Origin: Pseudomonadota bacterium
GTDB lineage: Bacteria; UBA10199; 2-02-FULL-44-16; JAAZCA01
DNA: 15,398 bases
Direction: 5' to 3'
NCBI GenBank assembly: GCA_043798915.1
Contig: JAZDOG010000069.1
Location: 1 to 15,398 of the forward strand
Part shown: positions 1-7,893 of the stretch, piece by piece
How the letters are laid out: each line of letters starts with the position of its first letter
Position numbering within the stretch: the first letter of the stretch is position 1
Notes under the pieces: generated by a model
Told to the model about the DNA's origin: nothing
The model's database searches: none
Seen by the model: the letters and a program-made list of their open reading frames with translations, nothing else
Translations under genes and position numbers: made by a program

Positions 1-68
1 AAGGAATAACTGGTTGGTTAAATTGCACAGCAGCCGATTACGATCTTCACGCGAAAGCGCAAGGCAAA

Positions 69-209
69 TTATACGAATCTGTCGAGAGCAAATGCGACAT
101 CCTCGAAGATGACCAGCTGCTCTCCCCAACGCTGATCGTGCTTTACCGCTTTGGGCAGGAGACGTCCCCCGCAGATTGCGCATTTATTATTTTTATTTTG
201 TTTCTTCAT
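69..209 (-). pseudogene. Truncated YgiT-type zinc-finger protein (antitoxin-like), 46 aa
   Basis: Manual translation (below the ORF-track size): MKKQNKNNKCAICGGRLLPKAVKHDQRWGEQLVIFEDVAFALDRFV*. It has the first CxxC and the 'LVIFEDV' strand typical of YgiT-type fingers. The expected 'PAxxCxxCGE' second knuckle is missing. Confidence 0.6.
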
Positions 210-300
210 ATTTTTGCCGCAAACCCATTCGTTTTCTGGCGTGGGCCGTCATCTCCCATCTCCCTTTTCTCCACATTTGGCGTATGACTTCAATTTTCAT
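193..300 (-). pseudogene. DUF4258-family (toxin-like) remnant, 35 aa, internally deleted or truncated
   Basis: Manual translation MKIEVIRQMWRKGRWEMTAHARKRMGLRQKYEETK*. The 'T.HA.KRM..R' N-terminal motif resembles DUF4258. It overlaps the start of the YgiT-like ORF, the usual gene order for this pair. Far shorter than the ~100 aa expected. Confidence 0.55.
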
Positions 301-393
301 GGTGGCCCGCAATGTAGTCTAAAGGATAGCATTTTTTCAAGAAAAAAGACGCTTTTTCAGTTCCTGGGACCCTTGGAAGTCCCGTTTCTCCAC

Positions 394-981
394 TCATTGC
401 AATGACAACAGCTTCGCAATCAGGCCATCCGTTTTTTCGATGAAGGCAAATCCATAGGAGAGGTTTAAGATCGACGCGCGGTGGTGCTCCGGCGTGTTTG
501 CGGCGCATGCGTCCTCCACGACGGCAGGCTGAAAATCCCTAATGAAGGCGTGCCGCGCGGTCGTCTCCACGCAAAGGTTGGTCATGACGCCGCAGATGAC
601 GGTCGTCGTGACGCCGTTCTTCCTCAAGTGCTCTTCCAGCCTCGTGCCCTCGAAGGCGCTATAGCTCGTCTTCGCGATCAGGAAGTCGCCGTCCTTTGGC
701 GCCAGCTCACGGATGAGTTCGGCATCCGGCGTTCCATCCCATGGGAGTTTGTCATTCCACCAGCGACCCATCTGGCCCGTGGGTTCGCCTTTTCGATGCG
801 CTTGGCGGGTGAACGCGACCGGCAGGCCGGCCGCCCTGAACGCCGCAATGAGTTTCAGGATGTTCGGCAGTATGGCCGGAGCCCCCTCCAGAAACGCCCC
901 TCCATCCGGATCAAAAAAATAGCGCTGCACATCGATGATGAGCAGCGCCGATCTTTTGTAGTCGATTTTATTCTCCCGCAT
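394..981 (-). CDS. Isochorismatase-family cysteine hydrolase (nicotinamidase-like amidase)
   Basis: 195 aa with the D-K-C triad motifs ALLIIDVQ, IAKTSYSAF and GVMTNLCVETTARHAF, plus DACA. Confidence 0.92.
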   Translation of the reverse strand: MRENKIDYKRSALLIIDVQRYFFDPDGGAFLEGAPAILPNILKLIAAFRAAGLPVAFTRQAHRKGEPTGQMGRWWNDKLPWDGTPDAELIRELAPKDGDFLIAKTSYSAFEGTRLEEHLRKNGVTTTVICGVMTNLCVETTARHAFIRDFQPAVVEDACAANTPEHHRASILNLSYGFAFIEKTDGLIAKLLSLQ

Positions 982-1429
982 TGTCTTCCTTGTCGGCCCC
1001 CCAGAGGAATTGCCAGTACGGTTTTTCGTAGAGGATGAGATTCATCCGGAATCGCCCCGTTCCTGTGATCTCCGGCGGCACCTCGCCGGCATCGAGGAGG
1101 ATCAGGCCGGTCTGGGGGTCGATCGATCGGATCTCAGTCGCCGTCCTGAAGATATTGCCGCTCGGAAGGACGAATTCCGCGGACAGGTGGGTTGCCGAGT
1201 GGAGGCGCATCGTGTCCTTGCGCGCGATCTGCAGCTCGATGCTTCTCGATTCAGGCGATGTCAGCGCGCCGGATCCCTCGACCCTGCATGTGAAGGTCGT
1301 GGCCATGAAGGCCACCCCGCCCACCGCCGTGGCTATGCAGACGGCCAGGCCGAAGAGGATCACTCCGCGGACGCGCAGGCGCAGCTCATGTGCCGAAAAA
1401 GAGTCTATGAAACGGTCGAAAAGATTCAT
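968..1429 (-). CDS. Hypothetical single-pass membrane protein, possibly a minimal membrane-fusion/accessory subunit of the ABC exporter
   Basis: 153 aa. Hydrophobic segment GVILFGLAVCIATAVGGVAFMA, then VEGSGAL, a beta-rich body and a C-terminal ILYEKPYWQFLW. ATGA overlap with the ABC stop and a 14-bp overlap with the hydrolase start indicate a real coupled gene. Confidence 0.7.
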   Translation of the reverse strand: MNLFDRFIDSFSAHELRLRVRGVILFGLAVCIATAVGGVAFMATTFTCRVEGSGALTSPESRSIELQIARKDTMRLHSATHLSAEFVLPSGNIFRTATEIRSIDPQTGLILLDAGEVPPEITGTGRFRMNLILYEKPYWQFLWGADKEDNAGE

Positions 1430-3657
1430 GCCTTTCCTCCCGGGCCGAAGCGCTTTGCGAGCTCTTCCTCGTCGATCACAAGCGAGAGGAGACCCGGTTC
1501 CATCGCATTGGCGGCATCCGTCAGGGCGTGGAGTATCTCCTCCGGCGTCCTGAAGAGCCGTTTCGATACGCGCGTGCCGATGAAGCGGAGGTCCTCTTTG
1601 GCCAAGGCGTATGGCAGATCCGTCCCCGCCGGCCTCGGCATCAGACTGATCATGCGATTGAAGAAGAGCTTCAGCTGGTCGGAGTCTATCTCAGGCAGAA
1701 TGATAAGGATGATGTCCCTGTCGAGGATCGCCGAGTTGTCGCCCATGCGGATGCTCTTCTTGAGCAGAAAGTCCACGCCATCCATAAACTTCCCCGCCGC
1801 ATCCGTTCCTTCGGCGGATTCGATCTTCTCATAGCTTTGCACCTTGAGCACAGCCAGGCAGAATTTCGAGCCATAGCGCGCGGATCGCTCGAGCTCCAGG
1901 TCCATCTGCTGGCGGAACGTGGCGAGCCCTCCGAACTGCCGCCAGTAGAAGCGATAGAATGCGCCGCGCCGCTCGATCAGGTCTTCGAACTGCCCCTCCT
2001 CAACGAATTTGCCGTTCTCCAGGACCAGGATGTTGTCGGCCGTCTTTATCGTGGAGAGGCGGTGGGCTATCACGATCACCGTCTTGGTCCTGCGGAGCGC
2101 CGATATCGCATCCTGTATGCGGTATTCGCTTTCGGCGTCGAGGGCGGATGTCGCTTCGTCAAAGACGATGATCTGCGGCTCCCGGAGAAGGGTGCGCGCT
2201 ATCGCCAGCCGCTGGCGCTGTCCGCCCGAGAGGTATTCGCCGCCAGGCCCCACTGGCGCGTCGTAGCCGCCCGGGAGCCTCTCGATGAAGTCGTGCGCGC
2301 CGGCCTGCCTCGCTGCCCGCATCGCGTCGCCGCGCTCCTTCCCCTCGTTTCCGTAGAGGATGTTGTCCATCACCGTGCCGTCGAAGAGCGTGGAATCCTG
2401 CGACACTATTCCGACCTTGCCCCTCAAGTCGTGGATGCGCACCTCGGAGATGTTCTGGCCGTCCACGATGATCATGCCATGGGAGGGGTCGAAAAACCTG
2501 AGCAGCAGATTGACGAGGGTGCTCTTGCCGCTGCCCGATCCTCCGACTATGGCCGTCATGTTCTTCGAGGGGAACTTCACCTCGATATCGTGCAGGACCT
2601 CTTCGTCTTGTTCGGCATAGGCAAACGAGAGATGGGCGGTTTCGATGGAGCCGTCTTTGATCGAGAGGTCCTTCCGGCCGGCATCCTGAGTCTCTTCAGT
2701 CGGCTGTTCCAGAATTTCGTCCAGGCGCCGCATCGAGACGAGGTTTGTCTTCCACTGCGTAAAGAGGTTGATGAACGAGCGCACCGGATCGCCCAGCTGG
2801 TCTATATAGAGCATCAGCGCGACGATCTCGCCGATCGAAAGCGTGCCCCGCACGACCTGGTAGCCCAGATACCATGTCAGGAAGACGCTCCACATCTGGA
2901 GCGTTATCGAGTTCGTGAATGTCTGGATGACATTGAGGAGCCTGCCCTTGACCGCCACCTTGTAGCGGCGCCTGATGAGCCCCCCGAAGGAGAGCGTCTC
3001 GTTCCTCTCCTGCCCGAAGGCCTTTATCGTCTTGATGCTGGAGAGTTTCTCCTGCGCGCGGCTGTAGATGTCGGACTCGACGGCGATGGATTGGCCTTCG
3101 ATGTCGGCGATCCGCCCGGCGTAGAACCGCGCCTCGAGTATATAGAGGGGGATCGACACGAGCGCCAGGAGCGTCAGCTCCACATTTATGAACAGCGATA
3201 TCGCAAGAATGACGAAGAAACGCCCGCCGTCGATGATTATTATGGGAAGGACGTTGGTGACCATCCCCACCGTCTTCGCGACGTCGTCGGTGATGCGGAT
3301 CATCAGATCGCCGGTCTTCTTGCTGAGATGGAACTTCAAGGGGAGGCACTGTATCGCGTGGAAGACCTTCTCCGTGAGATTGGCGTTCGCCTCCTGATGG
3401 ATGTATATCTGAAGATAATCCGAGGCGACGCTCAGGAAAAAATAAAGGAAATACACGACGACTATCGCCACAATCGTCGTGTTGAGCAGCGTCAGGTCGC
3501 GATAGGGATATGCGTAGTCGAAGAGCGCCCGCGTGAAGAGCGGGGTCGTCAGCCCCAAAAGGGTCATGCCGATATCGAACAGGATGGCGATCAGGAACGT
3601 GCCCAGATAGGGTCTGAGAAGGCGATGATACTTTTGCAATACCTTGATATCGCTCAT
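1426..3657 (-). CDS. ABC exporter (TMD+NBD fused) with C-terminal degenerate GGDEF-like domain
   Basis: 743 aa. N-terminal multi-TM domain, Walker A GGSGSGKS, Q-loop VSQD, signature LSGGQRQR, Walker B IIVFDE and H-loop IAHRLS. An extra ~165 aa C-terminal extension follows the GGDEF-domain pattern. Confidence 0.92.
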   Translation of the reverse strand: MSDIKVLQKYHRLLRPYLGTFLIAILFDIGMTLLGLTTPLFTRALFDYAYPYRDLTLLNTTIVAIVVVYFLYFFLSVASDYLQIYIHQEANANLTEKVFHAIQCLPLKFHLSKKTGDLMIRITDDVAKTVGMVTNVLPIIIIDGGRFFVILAISLFINVELTLLALVSIPLYILEARFYAGRIADIEGQSIAVESDIYSRAQEKLSSIKTIKAFGQERNETLSFGGLIRRRYKVAVKGRLLNVIQTFTNSITLQMWSVFLTWYLGYQVVRGTLSIGEIVALMLYIDQLGDPVRSFINLFTQWKTNLVSMRRLDEILEQPTEETQDAGRKDLSIKDGSIETAHLSFAYAEQDEEVLHDIEVKFPSKNMTAIVGGSGSGKSTLVNLLLRFFDPSHGMIIVDGQNISEVRIHDLRGKVGIVSQDSTLFDGTVMDNILYGNEGKERGDAMRAARQAGAHDFIERLPGGYDAPVGPGGEYLSGGQRQRLAIARTLLREPQIIVFDEATSALDAESEYRIQDAISALRRTKTVIVIAHRLSTIKTADNILVLENGKFVEEGQFEDLIERRGAFYRFYWRQFGGLATFRQQMDLELERSARYGSKFCLAVLKVQSYEKIESAEGTDAAGKFMDGVDFLLKKSIRMGDNSAILDRDIILIILPEIDSDQLKLFFNRMISLMPRPAGTDLPYALAKEDLRFIGTRVSKRLFRTPEEILHALTDAANAMEPGLLSLVIDEEELAKRFGPGGKA

Positions 3658-3669
3658 AAGTTGGACCGG

Positions 3670-3698
3670 ACTATATCTGCAATAAAAGGCCTGGGCAA
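3670..3698 (-). promoter_or_regulatory. Putative sigma70-type promoter for the ABC operon
   Basis: Minus strand TTGCCC-N17-TATAGT, ending 12 nt before the ATG at 3657. No Shine-Dalgarno in between. Confidence 0.45.
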
Positions 3699-3719
3699 GG
3701 CTGTATTTGCGCTGATCCG

Positions 3720-4814
3720 TTATACATTGAATCTGAAGTGCACGACGTCCCCCTCTTTTATCACATAGTCATGTCCCTCGACACGGACGCGACCATCCTC
3801 GCGCAATTTCTGCTCCGAGCCGGCCTTCAGGAGATCTTCGTACGGATAGACCTCCGCGCGGATGAATCCCTTTTCAAAATCGGTGTGGATCTTCCCGGCC
3901 GCCTGAGGGGCCTTCGTCCCGGCCCTGATGGTCCATGCGCGGGCCTCAGGTCCGTCCTTCGTGAAGAACGTGATGAGGTTCAAGAGCTTGTAGGCGGCGT
4001 GGATGAGGCGCGGCAGTCCCGGTTCCGAAAGCCCCAGGTCGTCCAAGAAGGCCCTCTCCTCGTCGTCGGAGAGATCGGCCAGCTCATCCTCGATGGAGCC
4101 GCAAATCTCTATCGCCGGCGCGCCCTCTTTCTCCGCATATGCGATAGTCTGCTTCACCCTCTCGGAGGGATGCTTCACGTCGTCCTCGTTCACGTTGAGG
4201 ACGTAGAGGAGCGGTTTGATCGTCAGGAGCGCGAGCGGCGAGGCGATTTCAATTTCCTCTCCCGCTAACCCAGCGTTTCTGGCGGGGGTCCCTTTTTCAA
4301 GGGCGGCCTTGAGCTTCTCCAGGACCGGCATCTCCTTCCGGGCTTCCTTGTCGCCGGTCTTCGCCGCTCCGCGTATCTTGTCTACTCGCTTCGTGACTAT
4401 CTCGAGGTCGGCGAGTGAGAGCTCCGTCGCCACAATCTCGATGTCGTGGACGGGATCGATCTCGGCGTAGCTGTGCACGACGTTTCCCGCGTCGAAACAG
4501 CGCACGACGTGGGCGACCGCATCCACCTCGCGTATGAAACCCAGGAACTTGTTCCCGAGGCCCTCGCCCTTGTGCGCGCCTTCGACGAGCCCTGCGATGT
4601 CCACGAACTCGACCTGCGCCGGCACCACGCGCTCGGGCTTGAATATCGCGGCGATACGGTCAAGCCGACTGTCCGGCACGGCCACCATGCCGGTGTGATG
4701 GTCCTTGGTGCAGAACGGATAGTTCTCGGCAGGGACGTGCGCCGCCGTCATTGCGTTGAAGAGCGTCGATTTGCCGACGTTTGGCAGACCCACTATGCCG
4801 CAGTTGAACCCCAT
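3720..4814 (-). CDS. ychF: Redox-regulated ribosome-binding ATPase YchF (Obg family)
   Basis: 364 aa with GIVGLPNVGKST, NYPFCT, FVDIAGLV..A.KGEGLGNKFL, KAPQAAGKIHTDFEKGFIRAEV and the C-terminal FRFNV. Confidence 0.98.
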   Translation of the reverse strand: MGFNCGIVGLPNVGKSTLFNAMTAAHVPAENYPFCTKDHHTGMVAVPDSRLDRIAAIFKPERVVPAQVEFVDIAGLVEGAHKGEGLGNKFLGFIREVDAVAHVVRCFDAGNVVHSYAEIDPVHDIEIVATELSLADLEIVTKRVDKIRGAAKTGDKEARKEMPVLEKLKAALEKGTPARNAGLAGEEIEIASPLALLTIKPLLYVLNVNEDDVKHPSERVKQTIAYAEKEGAPAIEICGSIEDELADLSDDEERAFLDDLGLSEPGLPRLIHAAYKLLNLITFFTKDGPEARAWTIRAGTKAPQAAGKIHTDFEKGFIRAEVYPYEDLLKAGSEQKLREDGRVRVEGHDYVIKEGDVVHFRFNV

Positions 4815-4926
4815 GGTTCGCGAGCCTGCCAGAGGGGGGTGTAGAATTCAATGGGAATGTCGGCATTTTTTGCCTTGGGTTCATTTCCGCGATGAGTTAA
4901 CATCAGCAGGGAAAGGGGAGGTTGGA

Positions 4927-6264
4927 ATGAAATTCTTCTGCAAATTTCCCTTGGGCCTGCTTGCCGCGATTGCCTTTGCCGCCTGCGGGAGTTCGGCGAC
5001 GTTCAGCGTGAGCTCTGTGACGCCCTCCGGGGGCTCGACGCTCGGGGGCACGAGCGTCACGATTTCCGGCCACGGATTCACGGCCGGGGCGACCGTTAAA
5101 TTTGGCAGCCGCTCCGCCACGGTCGTGAGCATTTCGAGCACCTCCATCTCCGCGACCGCGCCCCAATCGGACAGCACCACCGGCGCAGTGGACGTGACCG
5201 TCACACTCTCGACCGGCTCGAGCTCAAAGCTCTCGGGCGGCTACACCTACACGAGCATGCTCGCGGTGGCGAACCGGGATTCGGCAGAGGTCGACAACTT
5301 CAGCGTCAACCGGCAGACGCCGTCGATAACGAAGTTTTCAACCTCGCCGATCTCGGTCGGCGGGATGTTGCCGCGCTCCATCGGCGTCGATGGAGCGGCG
5401 GCGTTGATGTTCGTCGTCAACTTCGGCTCCGCGAACGTGTCGTCATTCCTGTATTCGATGGCGGATGGCAAGATGACCGCGGCGACGGGTTCGCCGTTCT
5501 CGGTCAGCGGCACGGGCCCTGTTGCGGTGGCGGTGGATACGGTCAACCACCTCATCTTCACCGCCAACTCGACCTCCAACGATGTGAGTTCGCTGTCGTA
5601 TGATGCTTCGACCGGCATCCTGACGCTCGTCGAGACGGAGGTTGTGGTCTCCTCCGGCAGGGCTCCGGCCGATGTCGCCGTGGACCCGGTCCTGAGGCTC
5701 CTCTTCGTGCCGAACTCCGACTCCAATACGGTCGCTGTCTTCTCCTACACTGCAGCCGGCGACATGACCCAGGTTGGCACAGGCACTGGCGCCGGCGGCA
5801 CCACGCCATATGCGGTGATTCTCGACACGGCCCGTATGCTCGCCTTCGTGGCGCTCAAGGGGTCGAACACCATCTCGGTCTTCTCATACAAATCGGACGG
5901 CACGATTACGGCTGTATCGGGCTCGCCCTTTTCCGCCACCGGGACCGGGCCGGCCGACATCGCCGTCGACGCTGCGTCGAGCCTCATTTTCGTCGTCTAC
6001 TCCTCGAGCGCTACGGTCGGGGCATACAGCTATGACACAGCGGGTTACCTGACTCCTGTGACGGACACCCCGCCCGGGACGGACGGGACAACGCCGCTGT
6101 CGCTCGATATCGACACGTCGAACCATGTCGTCTTCGTGGCCAATACAGGTTCCAGCGTCATACAGCTTTTCACCTACGACCAGTCGTCGGGCGATCTCAC
6201 CGCCGCGGGCAACACGGTCTCTTCCGGCGGGACCTCGCCTTATTGGGTTGCGTTCATACCGTGA
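4927..6264 (+). CDS. Lipoprotein with IPT/TIG domain and lactonase/YVTN-like beta-propeller
   Basis: The true start is likely ATG 4927, after a GGGGAGG RBS. Signal peptide MKFFCKFPLGLLAAIAFAA-C (lipobox). IPT/TIG motif VTPSGGSTLGGTSVTISGHGF...GAVDVTV. About seven repeats of the type GSPF..GTGP..xAVD....FVxN..SN.VSxF.Y. Confidence 0.85.
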   Translation: MKFFCKFPLGLLAAIAFAACGSSATFSVSSVTPSGGSTLGGTSVTISGHGFTAGATVKFGSRSATVVSISSTSISATAPQSDSTTGAVDVTVTLSTGSSSKLSGGYTYTSMLAVANRDSAEVDNFSVNRQTPSITKFSTSPISVGGMLPRSIGVDGAAALMFVVNFGSANVSSFLYSMADGKMTAATGSPFSVSGTGPVAVAVDTVNHLIFTANSTSNDVSSLSYDASTGILTLVETEVVVSSGRAPADVAVDPVLRLLFVPNSDSNTVAVFSYTAAGDMTQVGTGTGAGGTTPYAVILDTARMLAFVALKGSNTISVFSYKSDGTITAVSGSPFSATGTGPADIAVDAASSLIFVVYSSSATVGAYSYDTAGYLTPVTDTPPGTDGTTPLSLDIDTSNHVVFVANTGSSVIQLFTYDQSSGDLTAAGNTVSSGGTSPYWVAFIP

Positions 6265-6271
6265 TATCTCA

Positions 6272-7588
6272 ATGACCAAACTCCATTTCATCTCGCTCGG
6301 CTGCCCCAAGAACCTCGTGGATTCGGAGGTGATGCTGGGCGATCTCATCGCAAAGGGCTTCGTCCTGACCGACGATCCGGCCGAGGCCGAGGCGATAATC
6401 GTCAACACGTGCGCGTTCATAGAGGATGCTAAGAAAGAGGCGATCGACACGATCCTCGAGATGGGCGTGCACAAGAAGAGCGGCCGCTGCCGGCTGCTCG
6501 CGGTGGTCGGCTGCCTTCCGCAGCGCTACAGGGATGAGCTCGCCGGCCTCCTGCCTGAGGTGGACCTATTCGTGGGGGCGGGCGAATTTCCAAAGATCGC
6601 GGAGTTCATGAAGTCGTGGAACGGCGAGCAGGCCGTGCATGTGGCGAGGCCCTCATACATCTACGACCACGAGACGCCGCGCCTCCACACGACGCCGAGG
6701 CACGTGGGCTATCTGAAGATCGCCGAGGGATGCTTTCATCCCTGCTCCTTCTGCGTGATACCCCGCGTCCGCGGCAAATTCCGCTCGAGGCCGGTCAAAT
6801 CGATCGTCGAGGAGGCGCAGGGCATGCTCGGGCACGGCGTGCGCGAGCTGAACGTGATTGCGCAGGATGTTACGGCCTATGGCCGCGACATCGGCGCCGA
6901 CATCGCGACCCTCATGGAAGAGCTGGCCAGGCTCCCCGGCCCCAAGTGGATTCGCCTGCTCTATGCCTACCCGCACGGTTTTCCGGCGGGCCTCGTCGAT
7001 GTCATCCGCGATAATGTTGGCATCTGCAAATACATCGACATCCCGATCCAGCACATAAGCGGCAGGATACTCAAGTCGATGCGCCGCGGCGGCGGGGAAA
7101 GGGAAATCCGAGATCTCCTCCGCCTGATCAGGCGCGAGGTGCCGGATATCTCCTTGAGGACGAGCTTCATCGTAGGCTACCCCGGCGAGACAGAGGAGGA
7201 GTTCGACGAGCTCGTCGACTTCGTGTGCGAGGAGCGCTTCGATCATGCGGGCGTCTTCGTCTTTTCGCCGGAGGAGGGGACCCCGGCGGCGGCCCTCAAG
7301 AAACGCGTGCCTCCCGACGTCGCGGAGGCGAGGAGGGCGGAGCTGATGGACGCTCAGCGCGAGGTCTCGCTCAGCAACAACATGCGGTTCGTGGGAAAGA
7401 GGCTCAATGTCCTGATAGAGGGCCCCTCCGCCGAGAGCCCCCACCTCATCCAGGCGCGCCACGAAGGCCAGGCGCCGGACGTCGACGGCGTCGTGTACAT
7501 AAATGAGGGCAAGGCGACCGCCGGCGAGTTCGCGGAGGTTGAGATAACGGAAGCGCAGGAGTATGATCTGATCGGAAAAGTTGTTTGA
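6272..7588 (+). CDS. rimO: Ribosomal protein S12 methylthiotransferase RimO
   Basis: Start at ATG 6272 (MTKLHFISLGCPKNLVDSE). Motifs: VNTCAFIEDAKKE, GCLPQRY, radical-SAM YLKIAEGCFHPCSFC, WIRLLYAYP and the TRAM-domain QAPDVDG. Confidence 0.97.
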   Translation: MTKLHFISLGCPKNLVDSEVMLGDLIAKGFVLTDDPAEAEAIIVNTCAFIEDAKKEAIDTILEMGVHKKSGRCRLLAVVGCLPQRYRDELAGLLPEVDLFVGAGEFPKIAEFMKSWNGEQAVHVARPSYIYDHETPRLHTTPRHVGYLKIAEGCFHPCSFCVIPRVRGKFRSRPVKSIVEEAQGMLGHGVRELNVIAQDVTAYGRDIGADIATLMEELARLPGPKWIRLLYAYPHGFPAGLVDVIRDNVGICKYIDIPIQHISGRILKSMRRGGGEREIRDLLRLIRREVPDISLRTSFIVGYPGETEEEFDELVDFVCEERFDHAGVFVFSPEEGTPAAALKKRVPPDVAEARRAELMDAQREVSLSNNMRFVGKRLNVLIEGPSAESPHLIQARHEGQAPDVDGVVYINEGKATAGEFAEVEITEAQEYDLIGKVV

Positions 7589-7624
7589 TTCCCCTCCTTT
7601 GTACGGGGTGTTTCCGAAGTCATC

Positions 7625-7645
7625 CTCCCCCTTTGTAAGGGGGAG
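7625..7645. repeat. Palindromic hairpin downstream of rimO (REP-like; possible terminator)
   Basis: CTCCCCCTT-TGT-AAGGGGGAG is a perfect 9-bp stem, followed by TTAGAGGGGG. A degenerate copy CCCCTCCTTTGTACGGGG lies at 7591-7608. There is no U-tract. Confidence 0.55.
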
Positions 7646-7668
7646 TTAGAGGGGGTAGACATCGCAAT

Positions 7669-7751
7669 TGTCATCCCGAGGCGCGGGTTGTGCCGTGAAA
7701 ATCGTGGCAACTGATGGGCGCCGTGGGGATCCCATGAAGCCAGCTTGCACC
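7669..7751 (+). repeat. 83-bp extended REP-like element, left copy of a long-range inverted repeat
   Basis: TGTCATCCCGAGGCGC...GCGCCGTGGGGATCCC...GCACC. Ungapped 75/83 identity to the reverse complement of 14443-14525. Confidence 0.9.
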
Positions 7752-7821
7752 GCCTTTCCCCGAGAATCGACCTTTTCCCCCAAGTCCGGCAAAACCCCAC
7801 AGATCGGCTCAAAGCGAGGCG

Positions 7822-7850
7822 TTGCACTGGCCCCCATGGCGGCGTATAAA
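7822..7850 (+). promoter_or_regulatory. Putative sigma70 promoter of the restriction-modification gene
   Basis: TTGCAC-N17-TATAAA, 43 nt before ATG 7894. GAGGA RBS just upstream of the ATG. Confidence 0.55.
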
Positions 7851-7893
7851 TTGCGAAACTTGATTCGTTCCAAGTTTTTTTTCGAGGACTTTA

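Noticed and set aside
63..92. GGCAAA-N6-GAAT-N6-AGA-GCAAA has the spacing of a c-di-GMP-I riboswitch P1
   Set aside because: The stem pairs poorly, the loop is not GNRA, no P2/receptor is seen, and there is no downstream plus-strand gene.
1528..3768. 746-aa plus-strand ORF, and other long antisense ORFs (481-1038, 1010-1834, 6653-7462, 11480-12118, 13594-14145)
   Set aside because: Shadow ORFs antisense to well-supported genes. No recognisable motifs.
4756..4926. N-terminal extension of the 502-aa ORF (likewise 6125-6271 for rimO)
   Set aside because: The extensions overlap neighbouring genes. The RBS and signal peptide support ATG 4927, and the conserved RimO N-terminus supports ATG 6272.
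7854..7867. CGA-N8-TCG dyads as a Firmicutes/Actinobacteria-type LexA box (CGAAC-N4-GTTCG)
   Set aside because: The critical GAAC/GTTC half-sites are not matched in any of the three copies.
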